Virus record (IMG/VR): IMGVR_UViG_3300007513_000005
Reading direction: 5' to 3' (one strand)
DNA: 64,000 nucleotides
DNA from: a virus
Of the stretch, positions 57,379 to 64,000 are shown piece by piece; within the stretch, counting starts at the first letter, position 1, and each line of letters starts with the position of its first letter. The notes beneath the pieces were generated by a model that was not told the DNA's origin, did not search any database, and worked only from the letters and a program-made list of their open reading frames with translations. The position numbers and the translations under genes were made by a program.

Positions 57379-58922
57379 TACTTTAACAACCTTCTCATAA
57401 GTTCATCATTAAGTTTCTTATTTCGTTGTTCGTTCAGGTTCTTAATAGAGTCCTGACCTTTCTTGATTTCAGCAAGTTCATTTTCTTTCACTTTTTTCTT
57501 TTTGCGTCCACCCTTAACTTTATATGAATCAGGATTCTTCTCAAGTCTTGCTCTCGCTGCAGCGAGTTCTTCTTTGTGCTTTTTATCTGCGGCCGCATCA
57601 ACTTTATCTTCGTGATCTTTACCAAATGATCCAAGTTTGCCTTTCATCAAATTATGTGGTTTATCACCCTTTTTTCTTGAACCATACGTTCTTTTGCCTT
57701 CTTCTACTTCTTTATCTTCTTTCGAAGCACAATCAGACTCGTCAAGGATGGTGCTCATCTTTTGTTCAATCTTTTCTTGAACTTTCTTTTTAATATGATT
57801 TCGAAGTTGAGGAGGTACTTTACTCATATCCTTATCAGACTTTTCATCAGATTTCTCTTCCTTGTCGTCATCACCATCTTTCTCTTTTTTGTCCTCATTG
57901 TCACTCTTCCCAGGTTTCTTATCAGCCCAGTCTGGGACACCGTCACCATCAGCGTCTGGTTTCTTTGCTTCTTCTACCTCTTCATCTTCTCTTAAAGGGT
58001 TGAATGCTGCTGGATCGAATCTAAATGAGCGTGGTTTACCATCTTCGTCATACTCTTCCTCTTTTTCAGGAGCGTCTTCGGGAGCGTCTTCAACGGCATC
58101 TTCAACAGCTGGAATGAGTTCTTGCGCAACCTTGTTGAACGATGTTTGTACACCCTTGAGGCGCCCAAGTACATTCTTAATTCTTTCGTCTTGCGCGAGA
58201 CCAAGTTCGTCCAGATCACCAGCAAGGTCGGCAACAATTTTGTTGATTTGCTTTGCTGCTTTTGGGATGCGACTCTTAAACATTGCCTCTATCTCTGCTG
58301 CTTGTGGGGCACCAGCTTCGACGCCTTTGCCTTGAAAACCAGCTGCGGCACCTTTAAGTCTGGACCCCAGTCCAGCAAGCTTGCCTTTTCCTTTTGCCAT
58401 AAGTCTGTCCAATAGACCCTCGTCAATTTCGATTCCTTGTTCATTCAATTGCGCGAGTACTTTCTCCGCAACAAGTTTGTTAAGTTGATCACTCATTTTA
58501 TTTTCTCCTATTCTAGATGGTAAGTTTAAATTTAGTGTCTTGTTTGATTTACAGGTGTCTTCCCAGTCACGAAACATCATGTTTCCTTGAAGGTATGCTT
58601 CTTCTTCCATTTTTCTCATGTGTGGATCTTTTTGTGCGTATCCTTCCTCTGTTTGAGTATTCTCTAAGTCTCCCCTCAAATTTTGAGCATGATGTACTAA
58701 TTCGTGTGCAAGAGACCTTAAAGCATCCTTTGGATGTCGGTTGGATATGTATATGGTGACAATTCTCTTATCAGGTTGATAATGAGCGGTCATTCCAAGC
58801 ATAGAATTAGCGTTATTCTTATCCGTAACGTAATGAACGTCTGGATCCGAATCGTACCCCATGCGCTGACGGCAGTGCGTCATCAGGGACTGTGTTGCTT
58901 CTTTAAACTTTTCTCCATACAT
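57378..58922 (-). CDS. HExxH metallopeptidase domain fused to charged scaffold-like region
   Basis: LAHELVHHAQ...MEEEAY in the first 140 aa, then a low-complexity charged region. In-frame AGGAG+ATG at 58496. Confidence 0.65.
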   Translation of the reverse strand: MYGEKFKEATQSLMTHCRQRMGYDSDPDVHYVTDKNNANSMLGMTAHYQPDKRIVTIYISNRHPKDALRSLAHELVHHAQNLRGDLENTQTEEGYAQKDPHMRKMEEEAYLQGNMMFRDWEDTCKSNKTLNLNLPSRIGENKMSDQLNKLVAEKVLAQLNEQGIEIDEGLLDRLMAKGKGKLAGLGSRLKGAAAGFQGKGVEAGAPQAAEIEAMFKSRIPKAAKQINKIVADLAGDLDELGLAQDERIKNVLGRLKGVQTSFNKVAQELIPAVEDAVEDAPEDAPEKEEEYDEDGKPRSFRFDPAAFNPLREDEEVEEAKKPDADGDGVPDWADKKPGKSDNEDKKEKDGDDDKEEKSDEKSDKDMSKVPPQLRNHIKKKVQEKIEQKMSTILDESDCASKEDKEVEEGKRTYGSRKKGDKPHNLMKGKLGSFGKDHEDKVDAAADKKHKEELAAARARLEKNPDSYKVKGGRKKKKVKENELAEIKKGQDSIKNLNEQRNKKLNDELMRRLLK

Positions 58923-58945
58923 AATTATTAAACACCTATAGGTAT

Positions 58946-58955
58946 TCTAAATAGT
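58946..58955 (-). promoter_or_regulatory. Candidate late promoter ACTATTTAGA
   Basis: In the short intergenic gap before the metallopeptidase/scaffold-like gene. Confidence 0.5.
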
Positions 58956-59959
58956 TAAATGGCTTCCTTATTACCCGAAAACAATACCTCAAGTTCTGGG
59001 TTGATATTCTGAAAGAACTTCTCAATATACCCAAGCATAAACTGCCCGTTTGAAAATTCCATAGCATTAATACCTTCGTATAGTTTCCAGAATTGCACTT
59101 CCTCAAGGATGTCCACCTTGTTCATCACCAATTTTGTTACACCATTAATTCGAGATGCTTTTTCTAACATATCTAAATCTAACCAGTTCACTTGCCTGGG
59201 TCGACCCGTAGTTGCCCCATATTCATCGCCTAGTTCACGAATATCTTCTAGTTGTGGATCAATACCTTGAAATTCTTTTGCGCCAACATAAGTTTCATAC
59301 GCTTTCGAGACTCCCCAAACATCTCTAATTGCTTGTGGTGGAACACCATTTAGAATTGCACCACCAACAGTACAATGTGAAGAAGTGACGTAAGGATAGT
59401 CACCCCAATCAATATCAAGTCCGAACCCCTGAGCCCCCTCAAAGAGTATCTTAATTTCTTCAAAATCTTCATTATTGTATAACTCCTGATACATATCAAT
59501 AATATATTCTGCTAACTCTGGAATTTCGAGGGCAATCATGCCCCTTCTGGCATACTTGTCGCGATAAGCTGGGCCATTGCCTCTTTTTGTTGTGCCTATT
59601 TCTGAATCTTGCCTATCTTGCGCAAGGTGAAAGTCTGTAATGATGTGAACATTGCTGGCAACCTTGATCAACCCTTTGGTATCAATACCAGCGTCTTCTA
59701 GTTCTTTTATTTCTTTAAAAAATTGATTAACGTTTAGAACACACCCAGGGCCAATAACTGACTTAATGCCATGTAATACTCCGCAAGGTATGTGATGTGT
59801 GATTAATTTTTGTCCATTGTGATAAATTGTATGACCAGCATTACACCCGCCATTGTATCTTATGACGTGTGTATAATCGTTAATTTTACATAAATGACTG
59901 GCAACTTTACCTTTTCCGCAGTCGCCATACTGAAGGTCTACAATAACATCTGCTAACAT
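58955..59959 (-). CDS. purA: Adenylosuccinate synthetase (short form)
   Basis: QYGDCGKGK, RYNGGCNAGHT, GTTKRGNGPAY, EGAQG, YPYVTSS, GATTGRPR. Confidence 0.93.
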   Translation of the reverse strand: MLADVIVDLQYGDCGKGKVASHLCKINDYTHVIRYNGGCNAGHTIYHNGQKLITHHIPCGVLHGIKSVIGPGCVLNVNQFFKEIKELEDAGIDTKGLIKVASNVHIITDFHLAQDRQDSEIGTTKRGNGPAYRDKYARRGMIALEIPELAEYIIDMYQELYNNEDFEEIKILFEGAQGFGLDIDWGDYPYVTSSHCTVGGAILNGVPPQAIRDVWGVSKAYETYVGAKEFQGIDPQLEDIRELGDEYGATTGRPRQVNWLDLDMLEKASRINGVTKLVMNKVDILEEVQFWKLYEGINAMEFSNGQFMLGYIEKFFQNINPELEVLFSGNKEAI

Positions 59960-59985
59960 TTTTACTCCTTTGTTAGAACAGTGTT

Positions 59986-60002
59986 ATTATATCATTTGTA
60001 GG
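59986..60002 (-). promoter_or_regulatory. Extended -10 type promoter CCTACAAATGATATAAT
   Basis: Upstream of purA. TGnTATAAT core. Confidence 0.6.
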
Positions 60003-60003
60003 A

Positions 60004-60483
60004 TTATTTTTTCACTGCCTTTAGAGGATTTCCTGGTAATTCTGTCTGAGTTACTTCAACGTCATCAAGAGAACCTAGTTTACTCCAAATTTTACGACCT
60101 GCTGTTGTTTGTTTGGTATCGCTATACAGCACGCCGTGCTGTTCAATAACCCATTTATACAAGTCTGTTATGCGAAATCCGCCTCTGGTCTTGCGAACGT
60201 TTCCAACTTGAATACCGTCCTCTAGTGGGTTTAAGGCGATGTATGCTTTTGGAATATTTTCACTATCAACTAAAAAATAAAACAGTTCCCCACCGCCAAT
60301 GTCAAAGCGAACAACATCATGTCCGAACTCCTGACCTATATTTTCTCCCTTTGCCATTGATGGAGCATGTTCATTGTAGAAATAATTTAAACTTTTTTGT
60401 ATTTCAGATTGATCATCTGTAATGTCGGGAAAGTCTTCAACTTCGTCAAGATATCGTCTCCAATTTTCCATTATGAGTTTCAT
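60004..60483 (-). CDS. Hypothetical protein with MKLIMENWR leader, possible GNAT-like fold
   Basis: The leader is shared with 63295..63891. SDTKQTTAGRKIW is loosely GNAT-like. Confidence 0.55.
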   Translation of the reverse strand: MKLIMENWRRYLDEVEDFPDITDDQSEIQKSLNYFYNEHAPSMAKGENIGQEFGHDVVRFDIGGGELFYFLVDSENIPKAYIALNPLEDGIQVGNVRKTRGGFRITDLYKWVIEQHGVLYSDTKQTTAGRKIWSKLGSLDDVEVTQTELPGNPLKAVKK

Positions 60484-61238
60484 TTCTTCTTCTCTTCCAA
60501 CTCTAAACTAGGTTGTTCTTCGCCTTTCTTTAACTTGTCTGCCGTTGCAGGGTGTTCTTTTGCAAATTTTTCCTCATAATCAACCTCGCGCTCTAATTCT
60601 CTGCGAATCTCTAAGTGAAATCCGTCAAGAAATCCAATCATATCATCCTTATCATCAAAAAAGTGCTTGAGCAAGGTTGGATGTATGCCTTCTGGGTCTT
60701 CTGCTCTCTTCATTGCACTTGTAGCAGCGGAAGCAATAAGGTGCGCTCTGTGCATCATATCTTGTCTGTCGGCGCCTTCCATCAAACCACCTTCTTCACC
60801 ACTGCCATCAACATGTTCATAATCCCGCTCTAAGGTCATTAGCAATCCCTGAACTTCATTCGCTTGCATCTTGTTGAGCATGATTTGATTAATTGTTTCG
60901 ATATCTTGCTTTTTTCTAGCAAGTTTGGCAGCATTTGTATTTTCCATCAAACCACCCTGTTGGCGAACAATCTCACCACCAATATATCTTTTAACGGAAT
61001 TAAGATAGTCAGCTGCTTTAGTAAGTTTAGACTCTACCCAATCTGGAAGTTCAGCATCGTCGGCAAACATGTTAACGAGTTCTTGAGCGTCCTTGGCAAT
61101 GGTTACAAGATCTGTTCTTGCCATTTTGCCTCCTGATGCCTTCTCTTCGCCACTAAAATTACCTTGTTGCTGAGGGCGTTGCTCATCAGCAGATGTACAT
61201 GCTTCATTTACAAGTTTTCTTAATTTTTCTAAATCCAT
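60480..61238 (-). CDS. Hypothetical modular protein, probable internal head protein
   Basis: ATG 61238 (MDLEKLRKLVNE). It contains LPDWVESKLTKAADYL and two GGLME junctions. Confidence 0.6.
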   Translation of the reverse strand: MDLEKLRKLVNEACTSADEQRPQQQGNFSGEEKASGGKMARTDLVTIAKDAQELVNMFADDAELPDWVESKLTKAADYLNSVKRYIGGEIVRQQGGLMENTNAAKLARKKQDIETINQIMLNKMQANEVQGLLMTLERDYEHVDGSGEEGGLMEGADRQDMMHRAHLIASAATSAMKRAEDPEGIHPTLLKHFFDDKDDMIGFLDGFHLEIRRELEREVDYEEKFAKEHPATADKLKKGEEQPSLELEEKKK

Positions 61239-61239
61239 T

Positions 61240-63294
61240 TTATTTGTCCTCATAGTCTTCATCCCAAGGAGCAGGACACTCAGGGTCCATCCACTCATTG
61301 ATGGTCATTTTTTCAATTCTTTTTTCAAGGTCTGTTTTAACTAGTTCAGAGAAGTATTCATTGACTGGATCAGTTCCGTCTTGTGAATCAACCTGTGCTA
61401 ACTTTTCTGCTGCAGATTTTTCTTTATCTACTATATCTCTTGCTTTGAGTCCCTGTGTTATAAATATTTTTATTGTATTTTTTGCCACCTTGACCATCTC
61501 GCTATAATTTTGATCAAGAAACTTGATAATATCAAGAACCATAGTAAAGTTTTCTTTAGTAATCTTGACATCATCAACCGTTATTTGAAAAACAAGTTTA
61601 ATTTCACCTGAATTGCCTGGTCTTGAACCACCACCAGATATTCTCACCTCAAGCATTTCAGGTATGGTAAGTTCTTTGATCTTCTCTTGTGGGATACCTG
61701 GAAGTGGTAACTGCTTTCTCAAAGACGCTGCAATTTTTTGATTTATGGCGCTTAACTTGCCAGCAATGCGATCACTTAGACTTTTATTAAAGTATCCATA
61801 TGTACGTCCACTTCCAGTTGTATATGGTGGTATAAAGTTAAGATCTTGTAATTGCTCAGGTGTTAAGAGTTTACCAATAGGTTCCCTATCTGATCTGAGC
61901 ACAATCTCTTCATCACCTGGATATTCTCTACGGTCGACAACAGTAAAGTTTTGAGTCTCTTTTTCAAAAGCAGCTACATCAAAACTTTCTAATTGACCTT
62001 TTGGTAGGATGTCGTACTTTTGAAGAACTAGTTCAATAACTCTTACAATTCCTTTGTATTTGCCATCATACTCTTCTAATTCTTCTAAGTACCTTTCATA
62101 CCCATCTGGGTTTGCTTCACCATCTGCATGTATATCCAAACGAAAAGTGGTCTCATCGTTACCTGATTCAATATCGACCTCATTGATATATACTGATAAT
62201 TCTCTATCCAACATAGATCTAATATCATCTGCTATTTCAGATTCTTCTTGGTAATTAAGGTATTTCATGTGTTCAGGTTCATCGAATCTGGATGTCTCAA
62301 TATCAATACTAAATCCACCACTATAGTAAAAATGTCCTTCGTCCATCACTTCATGATAATAGTGCGCGTGCTCTATTCTGTCTCTGAACTCTTCTTCTAT
62401 TCTTTCTGCTGCTGCTTCATATGCTTCTGAAGCATCTGGTGGATTATCCATAATATTTGCAGAGGCATTACCCATAATTTGATTTAAAATATCATTAATC
62501 TCTTCTTGCTCTTCATCATCAAGATCATCAAAAGGATTTTGTCCAGTTCTTTTATGATTTAAAGCAATTGCATCTCTAAGTCCATTAGTATCATAGTGTT
62601 CATCGTCTGGACCGTCAAATAAAGACTCAAAATCGCCATCACTATCATAAACTAGCGCTGATTTGTAAAAATCATTATCATCTGGAGTAAGATTTCTAAG
62701 AATAACCATTGCGAAAGCTTTGCCTTCTGCTGTGTACTGATCGAAGTAATTTCTGCAATCTGTTGCTGAAATACACCATCTTGTTGCCATTCCATAGTAA
62801 GTTGCGGCAAATTCAGTAAGTGGTCGAACTGCTAAGACATCATCTTCATTATAAAGCACATCGGATTCTTCTCTTGCCTTCTTTCTTCTCTCTCTTTTCT
62901 CTTCTGACTCTGGTGTGGGTAGCGAATCTACCAATTTCTCTAATTGATTTGCGTTTAGTCTGTAAATGTCTTTTTCTTTTAGTCTTGAAACGTTTTTTTC
63001 AAACTTTTCTACTAAATCGATAAGATCAAACATCACAGCAATAATAGCGTCTTTTCCTGCCTCTATCACCTCAGATTTGGTTTCAGGTTCGTCCATCATT
63101 CGATGAGTTTCTTTCATCACATAAAGAATGTACTTAGAAACACCCTTGTCGCCTAACTTTCCACCTAAATAATCTCTTGCCGAATCAACAAGTTCCATAT
63201 ATTGAGAATACTTTGCTTTGACATCTTTAAATCTTGCTTCAGATAAGATAATTTCATTTAAATATTCATTGACTTCTTCGTTGATGCCTTTCAC
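61240..63294 (-). CDS. 684-aa hypothetical protein with YG..T.WCIS motif
   Basis: GTG start with GGAGG SD. The leader is rich in LNE/LSE and the protein is acidic. Confidence 0.65.
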   Translation of the reverse strand: MKGINEEVNEYLNEIILSEARFKDVKAKYSQYMELVDSARDYLGGKLGDKGVSKYILYVMKETHRMMDEPETKSEVIEAGKDAIIAVMFDLIDLVEKFEKNVSRLKEKDIYRLNANQLEKLVDSLPTPESEEKRERRKKAREESDVLYNEDDVLAVRPLTEFAATYYGMATRWCISATDCRNYFDQYTAEGKAFAMVILRNLTPDDNDFYKSALVYDSDGDFESLFDGPDDEHYDTNGLRDAIALNHKRTGQNPFDDLDDEEQEEINDILNQIMGNASANIMDNPPDASEAYEAAAERIEEEFRDRIEHAHYYHEVMDEGHFYYSGGFSIDIETSRFDEPEHMKYLNYQEESEIADDIRSMLDRELSVYINEVDIESGNDETTFRLDIHADGEANPDGYERYLEELEEYDGKYKGIVRVIELVLQKYDILPKGQLESFDVAAFEKETQNFTVVDRREYPGDEEIVLRSDREPIGKLLTPEQLQDLNFIPPYTTGSGRTYGYFNKSLSDRIAGKLSAINQKIAASLRKQLPLPGIPQEKIKELTIPEMLEVRISGGGSRPGNSGEIKLVFQITVDDVKITKENFTMVLDIIKFLDQNYSEMVKVAKNTIKIFITQGLKARDIVDKEKSAAEKLAQVDSQDGTDPVNEYFSELVKTDLEKRIEKMTINEWMDPECPAPWDEDYEDK

Positions 63295-63891
63295 TCACTT
63301 TTCCTCCGCAAGTCCGCCAAAATCTTGCCAATTACCCAATCCAGCAGCGAGAGATTTAGTATCTTTTCTAAATTCGATAAATTTCTTTATCATATCGATT
63401 ACATCACCGACGTCGCCAAAGAGTTCTTTCATAGCACTAACAGGATTTTCCAAAAGGTCAAATATTTGCTCAATGATCTCAGGAAGTTGTACAATCTTTT
63501 CCAAAGCATACCCACCTGTCATTTTTGCGATGGTTGTAAAGATCATAACTGCTAAATCAATATGCTTGTTAGTTAAGAGCAATTGTATTGCTGATTTTTC
63601 ATTTCTCGCCTGGTTCTTTCCAATTAACCCTTTCTTTTTGAGTTGGGTAAAGAAGTCCATTAGTTTTTGTCCCATAAACTTTACAAATTCAACAATTTTT
63701 TCATGTGCCCAGTCCTTCATAGAACCGATTGTATTAACAACAGTGTCTCTAATACCTTTGCCTTTACTAACCGCCCAATCGATGAAACCTTCGTCTAATT
63801 GACAAAAGTGATGTTCAAAGAACAACTCAAATTCACGCTCATAATTGGCAGCTTCTTGATAATCTCTCCAATTTTCCATTATCAACTTCAT
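63295..63891 (-). CDS. Hypothetical protein with MKLIMENWR leader
   Basis: 198 aa, helical/amphipathic. Confidence 0.6.
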   Translation of the reverse strand: MKLIMENWRDYQEAANYEREFELFFEHHFCQLDEGFIDWAVSKGKGIRDTVVNTIGSMKDWAHEKIVEFVKFMGQKLMDFFTQLKKKGLIGKNQARNEKSAIQLLLTNKHIDLAVMIFTTIAKMTGGYALEKIVQLPEIIEQIFDLLENPVSAMKELFGDVGDVIDMIKKFIEFRKDTKSLAAGLGNWQDFGGLAEEK

Positions 63892-64000
63892 TTACAAACT
63901 CCTCAACAGGTCATTGAGTGCCGCAACTGCTTTTTCGTACTTCTCTCCAGACATATCGCCGCCCATTTGAGCGTTCATTTGCTTTAAGGCATTATACATC
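63892..64000 (-). CDS. 3' end of a gene continuing beyond the window
   Basis: Open frame ...MYNALKQMNAQMGGDMSGEKYEKAVAALNDLLRSL*, with the stop abutting the next ATG. Confidence 0.5.
   Translation of the reverse strand, partial: MYNALKQMNAQMGGDMSGEKYEKAVAALNDLLRSL

Noticed and set aside
58069-58106. Short tandem repeat (GGAGCGTCTTC-like)
   Set aside because: It encodes the low-complexity EDAVEDAPEDAPE linker and is not an array. The same applies to the poly-Pro GGT run near 17105.
58955-59959. PurZ / diaminopurine (Z-genome) pathway
   Set aside because: The motif is GDCGKGK with the PurA Asp retained (PurZ has Ser), and no DatZ or MazZ-like gene is in the window.
1369-63987. Numerous short plus-strand and nested ORFs in the track (e.g. 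17092-17679, 27418-28068, 48020-48592, 63218-63802)
   Set aside because: They are antisense or off-frame shadows of long, motif-bearing minus-strand genes, with no recognisable motifs.
61240-64000. Stop-codon readthrough or recoding (three genes in the same frame separated only by TAA and TGA)
   Set aside because: The GTG after TGA has its own GGAGG SD. TAA, TAG and TGA all end genes elsewhere, and long ORFs are intact in code 11.

Overview
This is a dense, almost entirely minus-strand segment of a large (jumbo-type) contractile-tailed dsDNA phage genome in standard genetic code. The host cannot be assigned from this window. Reading left to right on the + coordinates there are five blocks. 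(1) 1-24.1 kb is a baseplate/spike module: a >1900-aa wedge-like ORF running off the left edge (absent from the ORF track), a gp6-like gene, a gp25-like gene, a 2800-aa protein with a peptidoglycan-binding-like N-terminus, a spike-like protein with an HxH motif, and three tandem paralogues sharing one N-terminal domain but carrying different cargo (a permuted M23 peptidase, an SGNH hydrolase, none). (2) 24.1-25.9 kb holds a sigma-factor-like gene and small ORFs. (3) 25.9-45.1 kb is a ~19 kb glycan island: APS kinase, a minimal HIGH nucleotidyltransferase, sulfotransferase, NeuB/NeuA, formyltransferase, deacetylases, Gmd, Ugd, methyltransferases and about nine glycosyltransferases. (4) 45-56 kb holds a Cas4-like nuclease, several proteases, PIN-PhoH, an AT-hook protein, ClpP-like, fibre-like proteins, a cupin and a Fis-like HTH. 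(5) 56-64 kb holds PurA and acidic probable head/internal proteins with shared leaders and in-frame internal starts. I saw no tRNA, rRNA, CRISPR array or transposase. All product calls come from reading motifs by eye; no database search was run.
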